Program-made: the position numbers and the translations under genes
The notes under the pieces: generated by a model
Seen by the model: only the letters and a program-made list of their open reading frames with translations
The model's database searches: none
What the model was told of the DNA's origin: nothing
From: a virus
Virus record (IMG/VR): IMGVR_UViG_3300035670_013167
Location: 32,001 to 96,000 of that record
Length of the DNA: 64,000 nt
Direction: 5' to 3' (one strand)
In this document: piece by piece, positions 10,642-19,349 of the stretch
How the letters are laid out: the number at the start of each line of letters is the position of its first letter
How positions within the stretch are numbered: the first letter of the stretch is position 1

Positions 10642-10886
10642 AAATACAAATTATAATCAGACAAACCAATAAAAACAATACATATTAGGTGTAAAACATG
10701 GAAAAAAAAGAAAATCCAAACAAAGATTTGGAAAAAAAAGATGAAAAATTAATAAATAATAATCTTAATAAATATGATGTTTATATGTGCGATAATGACA
10801 GCGTGTATGTGCCAATAGATTTAGAAAACTTAAAAGTAAAAAATAAAGCATAAATATATGAGTATTATTTTTTTGGAGAAAAACAA

Positions 10887-12044
10887 ATGAAATCTTTTCT
10901 TGATTATTTAAACGAAGAAAAACTAAAAGGAAGTCAACATAAATTAGACATTAATAAAAATGGAAAATTAGACAAGTTTGATTTCAAAGCATTACAAAAT
11001 AAAAATAAAATTAAAAAAGAATATGTTAATGATCAAGGAAAATTAATAGAAAAACCAGAAGTAAAAAAAATAGCAGATTATGACGGACCAAATCCTAAAA
11101 GCCCACCAGAAAAAAATGCTGCATCCTACAAACCGGCAAATGACAACACAAAATCTCCCACTGTAGATGTAGAAAAAAATGGACTAGGAGAAATGGGAGA
11201 TCAAAAATTAAAATACGAACCAAACACAGAATACAAACAAGAAATAGTAAAAGCTTCTTGGGCAAAAACTGAAAACTTCTTAAATAAAACAAAAGGAATG
11301 TCTTTATCAGAGTTTACCAAATATATGCTTGATGAATGCGGTTGCGGAGCCGTTCAGGATGAAGAGCTTCCTTATGTAACAGCTTACACAACAGGAAAAT
11401 TTCAACCACATCCTCCAGAAGCGGTCAAATACGTTGTTGTTCTAGCAAATAAAAATAATAATATATTAGACAACATGATAAGAGAAATGAAATCAACCGG
11501 GATGTTGGGAAAGCTTATGCAGGCTTTGCTGGAGAATCCAGAAGCTTACGATGAATTAACAAACTTATTAGGCGATTCTCAACAAGGACCTAGCAGATGT
11601 AAATTGTTGGCAAAATCAATGAGCAATTCCTATCAAAACTTCTTAAAAGATCAAAGCTCAATGTACGAATCAGTAAGCTCTCCAATCGGATTTGACGTGG
11701 AAGACGATGATATGGACATGGAAGACGATGATATGGACGATGATATGGACATGGAAGACGATGATATGGACATGGAAGACGATGATATGGACATGGAAGA
11801 CGATGATATGGACATGGAAGACGACGATATGGACATGGAAGACGACGATATAGACATGGAAGACGACGATATGGACATGGAAGACGACGATATGGACATG
11901 GAAGACGACGATATGGACATGGAAGACGACGATATGGAAGAAAAAGAATTAGATGCAACAAAATTTGCACCAAGAATTAAGAAAAAATTCGCCCATAATC
12001 ATTTATTAGATGCCATGAAAGAATTTGATCATTTTAGAAAGTGA
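10887..12044 (+). CDS. Probable prohead core/internal head protein with acidic repeat
   Basis: MKSFLDYLNEE N-terminus, EF-hand-like LDINKNGKLDKFDF, EDDDMDM repeats. Confidence 0.5.
   Translation: MKSFLDYLNEEKLKGSQHKLDINKNGKLDKFDFKALQNKNKIKKEYVNDQGKLIEKPEVKKIADYDGPNPKSPPEKNAASYKPANDNTKSPTVDVEKNGLGEMGDQKLKYEPNTEYKQEIVKASWAKTENFLNKTKGMSLSEFTKYMLDECGCGAVQDEELPYVTAYTTGKFQPHPPEAVKYVVVLANKNNNILDNMIREMKSTGMLGKLMQALLENPEAYDELTNLLGDSQQGPSRCKLLAKSMSNSYQNFLKDQSSMYESVSSPIGFDVEDDDMDMEDDDMDDDMDMEDDDMDMEDDDMDMEDDDMDMEDDDMDMEDDDIDMEDDDMDMEDDDMDMEDDDMDMEDDDMEEKELDATKFAPRIKKKFAHNHLLDAMKEFDHFRK
11700..11936 (+). repeat. 21-bp coding tandem repeat GAAGACGAYGATATGGACATG (~11 units, EDDDMDM)
   Basis: Directly visible. 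Confidence 0.95.
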
Positions 12045-12056
12045 ACTACCCACCCG

Positions 12057-13223
12057 CTAAAGCGAGTGGGCTTCAAGTTTCATAGCCTTGTCTAACGACA
12101 ACGACTCCACTTGTTTTTGTTTATTGAGCGACTTGGTTCCCAAGCCACTCATATTCAAACCTTGTTTTAGTATGTTGAGACTAGCGTTATAGTCTCGGTC
12201 AATGTTCTTTCCGCAAACGCATTTCCATTCACGGTCTTTCAGCGTCAACTCTTGATTGATGTGTCCACAATCATAGCAAGTTTTACTGCTCGGAAAGAAT
12301 CTGTCTATTTTCACAATTGTTCGCCCGTACCATTCTGCCTTGTAGGATAGTTGACGAACAAACTCTCCCCAACCGCAATTCATCACTGATTTTGCCAACT
12401 TATGATTACGCATAATGCCTTTAACATTAAGGTCTTCTACGCATATGACTTGGTTTTCGTCAATCAACTTTTTGGAAAGTTTATGCAAGAAGTCCGTTCT
12501 ATTGTTGGTGATTTTTTCATATATCTTGGCTAGTTTTATTCTTTGTTTATTTCTAGTTGATCCTCCTTTATTCTTTTTGCTTAACTGTTTTTGGTTGTAT
12601 TTCAAATTCTTTTCTAGTTTGTGGTAGTGTTTGGGGTTGTCAAAAACTTCGCCGTTGGAACAAACAACAAAATTTTTGATGCCCAAATCAATGCCTATTT
12701 TGTTCTTGTTTTTCTTGAGTTTATTTTGCCCAACCTCACAAGTCAACGAAACGAAGTATTTGTTGGTGGAAGTCTTGGATATGGTAATGAACCTTATCTC
12801 TCCAAATTCACGATGGATGTTTAGTTTGATTCCTTCCTTGAATTTGGGGAAATATATCTTGTCTTTTTTGATTGAAATGTGTTGCGGAACTCTAAATGAC
12901 TGTTTCTTGTGCTTTGACTTGAAAATTGGAAACTTGGTTTCTTTCCTGAAGAACTTGTTGTATGCTGTATCTAAATCTCGTAATGTATGTTGCAATGTTT
13001 GGCTGTTCACTTCCTTGAGCCAGTTGTATTCAGTCTTCTTTTTAACTTTGGTTAGTTCATTGGCACAATCGTAATAGTTCAATGTCTTTTTGTTGTCCAA
13101 ATATTCTTCTTTTCGTCTGTTCAAGAAGTAGTTCCACACAAACCTTCTGCAACCAAAGTGCTGGCTCAGTTTTTCTTTTTGGTCTTTTGTGGGTAGTAGT
13201 TGAAACTTGAACGACTTTAGCAT
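12057..13223 (-). CDS. tnpB: TnpB RNA-guided endonuclease
   Basis: HTH (FGCRRFVWN), RuvC GIDLG / VEDL / DRDYNA intact, PSSKTCYDCG Zn finger. Confidence 0.95.
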   Translation of the reverse strand: MLKSFKFQLLPTKDQKEKLSQHFGCRRFVWNYFLNRRKEEYLDNKKTLNYYDCANELTKVKKKTEYNWLKEVNSQTLQHTLRDLDTAYNKFFRKETKFPIFKSKHKKQSFRVPQHISIKKDKIYFPKFKEGIKLNIHREFGEIRFITISKTSTNKYFVSLTCEVGQNKLKKNKNKIGIDLGIKNFVVCSNGEVFDNPKHYHKLEKNLKYNQKQLSKKNKGGSTRNKQRIKLAKIYEKITNNRTDFLHKLSKKLIDENQVICVEDLNVKGIMRNHKLAKSVMNCGWGEFVRQLSYKAEWYGRTIVKIDRFFPSSKTCYDCGHINQELTLKDREWKCVCGKNIDRDYNASLNILKQGLNMSGLGTKSLNKQKQVESLSLDKAMKLEAHSL

Positions 13224-13289
13224 ACAATGGTATGTACGCAGACCGATTCAAATTTATACGATAATTATGGTTTTTGTAAACGGCAAATA

Positions 13290-13526
13290 TTAAAGTCTTT
13301 CCGAAGTCTGCACCCAGTGGTAGTACTCGCTGCTCGCACCAAGACTTTTGATCGCTTCTGAAATATAACCATAAGTAGAACGATGTGATGCCGCCTCTGG
13401 AGGAAAATCTGTATTTTCGTCCGTGTCTGCTCGGTTACAAGCCTCTAGAACCGAAAATAGCATATCAACAGCTTGTTTCTTTGTTATTTTATTGTTTTGT
13501 CCCATCCACTCATTAAAACTTTTCAT
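13290..13526 (-). CDS. Cargo protein inside the IS element (starts MKSFNEW)
   Basis: SD AAGGTG before ATG 13526; the longer track start runs through a microsatellite. Confidence 0.65.
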   Translation of the reverse strand: MKSFNEWMGQNNKITKKQAVDMLFSVLEACNRADTDENTDFPPEAASHRSTYGYISEAIKSLGASSEYYHWVQTSERL

Positions 13527-13560
13527 AATTTCACCTTTCTTGAACGACAGCATATATATA

Positions 13561-13586
13561 GTGTGTGTGTGTGTGTGTGTGTGTGT
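13561..13586. repeat. (GT)13 microsatellite
   Basis: Directly visible. Confidence 0.95.
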
Positions 13587-13657
13587 AATTTTACCGCCAT
13601 TCATCCCAGCCCCTAAAGGGGACTGGGTTTTCTGACGGGGGGGGCGTATAAATAAAA

Positions 13658-14614
13658 ATGAAAATATGCGTTCTTAATGATCCTTCTTGGGACGAGCCAT
13701 TTAATCCAGAATTTTATTTAAAAAATCACATTTGTGAAAAACACGATGTTTTTTATAAATCTTCATGTGATTACTTAAAAAGCATATCAAAAAAGTACGA
13801 TCTGTTCTTGAATTTTTGTGATGCTCCTTTTGTAGAAAAAAGGCCAGGAATAGACATTGTATTGTGTCTTGAAAAATTAAGAGTGCCATTTACAGGTGCT
13901 TACTCGTTTTGTTACGAACCATCAAGAAACAAAATGAAAAATATTTGCAATGGCATTTCAATACTTATGCCAAAATCAGCAACAGTTGCAAACTTAGATA
14001 GATTATCAGAAAAATTAGTTAGCCATATTGATTATCCAATGATAGTCAAACAGTCAAATAGCTACGGAAGCGTAGGTCTTACAAAAAAATCAAAAGTAAA
14101 TAATTTTGAAGAATTGAGAAATCAAGTTCAAGAAATGCTGTGTCATTTCCAAGCAGTTAGAATAGAAGAATTCATAGAAGGAAAAGAATTTAGTTGTCTG
14201 ATTTCTCAAAATCCACTAGATATAAAAAATCCAATAGCATACGAACCAGTAGAAATTAATTTCCCAAAAGAAGAATCTTTTAAACATTCCGATCTAAAAT
14301 GGGTTGATTATGAAAAAATGAATTGCTCGCCTGTTGAGATTTCAGAATTGTCCGAAGAAATAAAAAATATATGCAAAAAATTATTTATTCATACAAATGG
14401 AAGAGGCTATGCGAGATGCGACTTAAGAATGAATAATAAAAAAGAACTATACATGCTTGAAATAAACTACCAAGCAGGAATACTTTACTCAAAAGAAAAT
14501 CCAGGAACGGCAGATATAATTCTATTGAACGAAAAAAATGGACATGAAAAATTCATGGAATATTTAATAAAGTCCGCGTTCGTAAATGTTTCGTTGAATA
14601 ATCACATAATCTAG
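13658..14614 (+). CDS. ATP-grasp ligase (D-Ala-D-Ala ligase-like)
   Basis: VPFTGA, PMIVK..GSVG, EEFIEGKEF, GYARCD, LEIN. Confidence 0.85.
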   Translation: MKICVLNDPSWDEPFNPEFYLKNHICEKHDVFYKSSCDYLKSISKKYDLFLNFCDAPFVEKRPGIDIVLCLEKLRVPFTGAYSFCYEPSRNKMKNICNGISILMPKSATVANLDRLSEKLVSHIDYPMIVKQSNSYGSVGLTKKSKVNNFEELRNQVQEMLCHFQAVRIEEFIEGKEFSCLISQNPLDIKNPIAYEPVEINFPKEESFKHSDLKWVDYEKMNCSPVEISELSEEIKNICKKLFIHTNGRGYARCDLRMNNKKELYMLEINYQAGILYSKENPGTADIILLNEKNGHEKFMEYLIKSAFVNVSLNNHII

Positions 14615-14615
14615 A

Positions 14616-15299
14616 TTATTTTTTAATTATAATAGAAGTTATACTTGTTGGGCCAACTCTAAAAACTTTTACGGACTTAATATTTTCTTCTAAATATTTT
14701 AATTCGCCATCTGAGAGACTATGTGGCTTTGAAGTTTCTACATTAAAATTATTGTGTTTTTCAAATTGATCTAATAATTCAAGCGGAGTCACATAACCAG
14801 GAATTCCCCATCCCCAAGTTTGTGCTTTTTCAGGAACTTCAACTTCAATACTACTGTGCAAGTCTTCTAATATGTAAACTCCTCCAGATTTCAAAGATCT
14901 AAAAAAATAAGCAAATGTTATTTGTTGGTCATAAACATTATGCGATCCATCATCTATTATAACATCATAATTTTGTAGCTTTTTAGAATATTCAATAACT
15001 AAATCTCTTCTAGATTGATCAAACCATTCAGTAGTTATTCTTTCTGAATCTTTTATTTCATGTAAATTTATATCAAGACCTAGTATTTTTGCATTTGGAA
15101 AATAATCTCTCCACACTTTTAGGGAATTTCCAGGCACCCAACCAACTTCCTCCCAAAACCCCCCTATTCCGATTTCACAAAGCAAACTTACTTGGTCCCT
15201 AATCGAGCCAAGTGCTTCTTCATATGCGGTATTATAATAATTGTGAGTAAAATCTTTATCAGTCGGATATTTTTTAGAAATTTCACTTAAAGTTTTCAT
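14616..15299 (-). CDS. Class I SAM-dependent O-methyltransferase
   Basis: TDK, EIGIG, GLDI, IIDDGSH, GGVYILED. Confidence 0.85.
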   Translation of the reverse strand: MKTLSEISKKYPTDKDFTHNYYNTAYEEALGSIRDQVSLLCEIGIGGFWEEVGWVPGNSLKVWRDYFPNAKILGLDINLHEIKDSERITTEWFDQSRRDLVIEYSKKLQNYDVIIDDGSHNVYDQQITFAYFFRSLKSGGVYILEDLHSSIEVEVPEKAQTWGWGIPGYVTPLELLDQFEKHNNFNVETSKPHSLSDGELKYLEENIKSVKVFRVGPTSITSIIIKK

Positions 15300-15468
15300 T
15301 TTTGATTCCACATCTCCCAGTTTTGTTCTGATTTTTTTTTATTACCTTCTTTATAGCCTTCTAAATAAGCTTTTTTTAGTAAGCTTAAATTTTTGTCATC
15401 TTCAAAATGCTGATTTTTCAACCACATTTCAAATAAATAATTAGGATCTATATAAAAATCATCAGTGC

Positions 15469-15750
15469 TCATTCTGTTATCACCATGTTGTTTTTAGGAA
15501 TTACAATTCCATTTCCAAATTGACCATTATATCCATTTCTTAAATCATCTTCTGGTTCTGACATGAGAACAACATGAATTAAAGAAATTTTATACTCTTC
15601 ATCCTTAGAAAAAGGCATAAGAGGCATGGTGGCGATACCTTCAGGAGTCATTATAAATTTTTGTGGTTTTTTTAATAAAACAAAATTTTCCTGAACTTCG
15701 GCTTCTGAAATTATATCTTCACCCGATACTAATTTTATAACTTTTATCAT
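15469..15750 (-). CDS. Sm-like fold phage protein
   Basis: IKVIKLVSGEDII pattern typical of small T4-like phage proteins. Confidence 0.55.
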   Translation of the reverse strand: MIKVIKLVSGEDIISEAEVQENFVLLKKPQKFIMTPEGIATMPLMPFSKDEEYKISLIHVVLMSEPEDDLRNGYNGQFGNGIVIPKNNMVITE

Positions 15751-15752
15751 TT

Positions 15753-18268
15753 TTAATCCTCTGTTTTTGGTACATCAAAAGGGCAATCATCTTCATCCAT
15801 TATAACAGGATCTATAGAAAATCTCAACTTCATTTGTTTGCCTCCTCTAGATGGACTTAGAAATCTAGAAAAAAGCAAATCATGTTCAATTGGATTAACA
15901 TCTGTGATACCTAGACAATAACAGACCAAAGAACCAACTACGCTACCGCGACCTGGACCTACAGCCTCTGACCCGTCTCCATAACCTAGTAATTTTGGAC
16001 AGATTCTTCTAGCCTCGTCAGTCATCATTTTTTGAATCAAAAAGTAGCTAGCGAATCCTTTTTGACATATCAATTGATATTCTTCTTTTATTCTGTCTAA
16101 ATATTTTTTATTTTTAGGCAATCTTCTGAGCTTAAAGCCAATTTGTATGGCTTCTAATAATTTTTCTTCAGATTCAGGAATATAGGGTAATTTTATAGAC
16201 CTGTCTAACTCTACACCCTTCGATCTTTGGGCGATTTTAGTTGTATTTATTTTGGCTTGCTCAAAAATTTCATAAGGAATATCTTCACTATAGTCACTTA
16301 GCCATTTTGCATTTAATTCTTCTTCGCTTTTCATCCAAAGATTTTGATCTTGAAGCTCAAACAAATCTGCCGTTTCGTTTTCTGCTTTTTTTTCTTCTAT
16401 TTCCTTTAAGGTCTTCTTTGTTTGAACCATTAACATAAGACGCTGCATTTTGCTATCTTCTTGCAAGCAGTAATGACAATCATTACTTAATATTATTGGC
16501 AAATTGTATTTTTCATGAGCTTTAATTATAAACTTGTTATAAGGCTTTTGCTTGTTAAAATCCAAAAGCATTATTTCAAGATAAAAATTATCTTTGCCAA
16601 AAAATTCGATATATCTCTCGACCATTCTAAAGCCTTCTTCTTCGCCGCCACGGTCAAAGGCCTGTCCTATTTCAGAATTATAACAACAAGATGTAAAAAT
16701 TAATCCTTCTTTATGATCTTGCAATAATTCGTAATTTATTCTTGGTCTGTAATAGAAGCCTCTAGTCCATGCGGCAGAAGACAAGTTAACTAAATTACTG
16801 TAGCCTTTTTGGCTATAAGCTATGGCTAATAAATGAAAAGATTTTTTAAAGTCTTTTCTTTCTTCTGGACTCATATGTTCGGTAATTTCCGAAGCTTTTT
16901 GTCCGATATTTAAAGTGGGTTGAAGAGGATTGATGTAAAGTTCACAGTTATGAACTATAAAATCACTAACATAACTATTATCTTCTTCAACCTCAAAATT
17001 AAAAACTTCTATATTTTTTTCTTCTACTGATATACTAGAGATAGGCTTGATTATGTAATTATTTTTAATAAAGTTTCTTCTATATTTTACATTTTCGGTT
17101 ATAGGGACAGTATAACAAGTTCTTCCATCTAAAGTTTTATTAGAATACACATTTGACCAAAAACCTAAATTAGAAATTATTATTCGAACCTGATACGCGA
17201 GGTGGGAGGAGGATGTGCGTAAAGTTTTTTGTTTATTTTTTTTATTTATTTTTTTGCCATCTCCATCTAACAAGCCATCTAAAAATGCTTTTTGTACTTT
17301 TCGTGGCGAATCAAAAATTTGATGAGGGATTTTTTTATTTTTTGATCCCATTCCAATCAAATCAGACACAACATAACACAAAGGAAGGCAACAAAAACAA
17401 CAATCCATTTTACTATTTTCTTTATCTTCATAGCACGAAAGATTGATTCCAAATTTATTCAAAAAATTTGCTGCTCTTTTTGCCAAATCAAGTTCAAAAT
17501 AATTAAGAGAAAACCTCATGCCGCCTGTAAGCCTGCCATCTTTTTTAGAAAAACTTCCTTCTGCTGCGAACAGTCCTAAAAAATATGCAAATTCCTCATC
17601 TAATTCTATGAACAAAGGAATTTTTTCCCACTTTTTTTGTCCTTTCGAAAAAAATAAATTATCTATTTTGATTTCATCAGGTTGATATTCTTCTAATTTT
17701 ATTTTAATATTTTCATGTACATCTTGCATTTGTGGAAATGCAACATAACTAAAATGATTATCTAGACCCAAACCTGATCTGTGTCTTTTAACAATAATAT
17801 TCTCTGTTTTTGTCCAAGAATAATTGCCATGTTTGTCAAAAATCATAACTGGGTGGTCTCCAGTTAGTTGAGTTGTCTTCTTCGATCTTCCTACGCCAGA
17901 TAATTTGATACTGTAAATTTTACCATTATAATTTTTTTTCATTATTCTCAAAACCGATTTAAATCTACCTTTGTGCGTGAGAACTTTATCTCCGACATCT
18001 ATTTCCGATATGTCCTTAAAACCATCAATTGTATGAATTGGAGTCCCAGCAGGCATACAAGCAAATATAGGATTTATTCCATACTTTTCACATGCTTGAA
18101 TTTGCCTTGGAATTCCACCTAGAGAACCATGGTCACTTATACAGAGAAATTGTTGATTGATCTCTTTGGCTCTTTTAGCATATTCGTGCGCTGTGCCGTA
18201 TCCGTCAAGAACAGAAAAATCAGAGTTAACTAGTGCAGGTGAAGATGTTCAAAACCAACAATCTTCAC
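15753..18268 (-). CDS. dnaE: DNA polymerase III alpha N-terminal (PHP) part; intein-containing; frame interrupted by an 8-nt gap at 18225-18232
   Basis: SD AGGAG + GTG (18268) gives MKIVGFEHLHLH*; the other frame continues SDFSVLDG...ISDHG...PIFA[intein]CELY...SNDCHY...GPGRGS...RFL. Confidence 0.85.
16947..18059 (-). mobile_element. Intein with LAGLIDADG homing endonuclease in DnaE PHP domain (371 aa)
   Basis: CMPAGT..., TGDHP, FLGLFAAEG / FLDGLLDGDG, ...IVHN|C. Confidence 0.93.
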
Positions 18269-18272
18269 CTGC
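18235..18272 (-). promoter_or_regulatory. Perfect 12-bp mRNA hairpin covering the dnaE-N start codon and ending at the interruption
   Basis: GCAGGTGAAGAT (18235-46) is the exact reverse complement of ATCTTCACCTGC (18261-72). Confidence 0.75.
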
Positions 18273-18323
18273 TTGTCTCCTTTCTGCGTCATTTTTTTTC
18301 TCTGCTGCGTGGTGTTGCTTAAA

Positions 18324-18533
18324 CTAATCCTTCTTCAATTGCTTTTTTTTCCAATCTTCCCATTTAGAATTAGCTAATGAGACTTTATTTTCTAAAGCAG
18401 TTTTTTTATTTTTATAGTCTTCAAAGTATTTTTTAAATTCTTCTTCCAGCAACTTTTTTTCTTCATGTATTGCGGCAACAGCCTTGCTAAAAACAGCAAA
18501 TTCTTCAGTTAATAACAATTCAATTTCATTCAT
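18324..18533 (-). CDS. Small coiled-coil protein
   Basis: ORF with SD AAGG. Confidence 0.65.
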   Translation of the reverse strand: MNEIELLLTEEFAVFSKAVAAIHEEKKLLEEEFKKYFEDYKNKKTALENKVSLANSKWEDWKKKQLKKD

Positions 18534-18543
18534 AAAAACCTTT

Positions 18544-19269
18544 CTAATTAATATCTTTTTTCTTACGGCCTGTTCTTGTTTTGGCTAATGTTTCAAAACC
18601 TTTTTCGCCCAAAATACCATCGGCAAATCCGTAATAAACAGCTTCATCAGCAGAAAGATACCAATCCGAATTATGTCTTATTTTGGAATCAATAAAATTC
18701 ATAGTCTTTTTAATTCCATAACTTCTGTCTGTGAAGTATTTTCCCATTATAGCTCTTTGAGCAAATATTTGCAACATCCTTTTGTTGTATTTTTCATTCT
18801 GATCAATAGCAGATTTTACAGCAATCGCATTATCGCTTACAGAAACAGATCCATGATGAATCATAACTTCGCAATCTGGCAGTAAGACTCTTTTATCCGC
18901 TGCTTGAAGTATAATACCACTCATGGACGAAGCTTGAGCGTACGATAATATAGTCACAGGAGAAGATATTAATCTAATTATATTAAACATCGCCATTCCA
19001 TCAGACCAACATCCACCTATTGTGTGCATATGAATTAATATATTTTTATGATTTTGAGCCTCTAGGATATGCATGTTTTTTATAAACTTGGTGGCCATTC
19101 GATAATCTACGCCAGGCTCTTCCTCATCAACACCATCCATATGACCATGCAAATAAATCTCTCTAGAATGATGATTTACATTATTATTATGAATGTCACT
19201 AATCAACTGCTCTATGGCAGTAACTTTTTTGGGCGTATAAATTTGACTCATAAGTGTATCTGTGGGCAT
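18544..19269 (-). CDS. clpP: ClpP-family protease subunit
   Basis: TIGG, ASSMSG (Ser), MIHHG (His), DWYLSADEAVYYGFAD. Confidence 0.85.
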   Translation of the reverse strand: MPTDTLMSQIYTPKKVTAIEQLISDIHNNNVNHHSREIYLHGHMDGVDEEEPGVDYRMATKFIKNMHILEAQNHKNILIHMHTIGGCWSDGMAMFNIIRLISSPVTILSYAQASSMSGIILQAADKRVLLPDCEVMIHHGSVSVSDNAIAVKSAIDQNEKYNKRMLQIFAQRAIMGKYFTDRSYGIKKTMNFIDSKIRHNSDWYLSADEAVYYGFADGILGEKGFETLAKTRTGRKKKDIN

Positions 19270-19311
19270 TTGAGTTACACCTATATTTAGACATAATAAA
19301 ATCCATAATGC

Positions 19312-19349
19312 ATTTTTTTAATAAATTATTAATAATTTATTAAAAAAAT
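19312..19349. repeat. Perfect 38-bp A/T-only palindrome
   Basis: ATTTTTTTAATAAATTATT|AATAATTTATTAAAAAAAT. Confidence 0.85.

Larger units (their letters stand above)
12041..13647 (-). mobile_element. IS200/IS605-family element (tnpB only) with cargo ORF
   Basis: Left end after TTTAT with hairpin CCCAGTCCCCTTTAGGGGCTGGG; right-end hairpin CCCACTCGCTTTAGCGGGTGGG ending TTCAC; no tnpA. Confidence 0.85.

Noticed and set aside
11700-11936. Possible CRISPR array
   Set aside because: Head-to-tail in-frame repeats with no unique spacers.
11590-11973. Minus-strand ORFs with RRLPCPY / SISSSSM repeats
   Set aside because: Antisense shadows of the coding repeat.
13527-13604. N-terminal extension MNGGKITHTHTH of the cargo ORF; cargo as tnpA
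   Set aside because: The extension translates the microsatellite, and the cargo has no HUH/Y1 or serine-recombinase motifs.
9400-15900. Split intein joining the two dnaE parts
   Set aside because: No intein N- or C-terminal motifs at either junction.
15753-18056. ORF-track start of dnaE-N at ATG 18056
   Set aside because: This Met is intein residue 2; conserved PHP sequence continues in frame upstream to 18224.
18230-18232. Stop-codon reassignment or simple readthrough of the TAG
   Set aside because: Readthrough stays in the wrong frame, and other genes here end normally in TAG.
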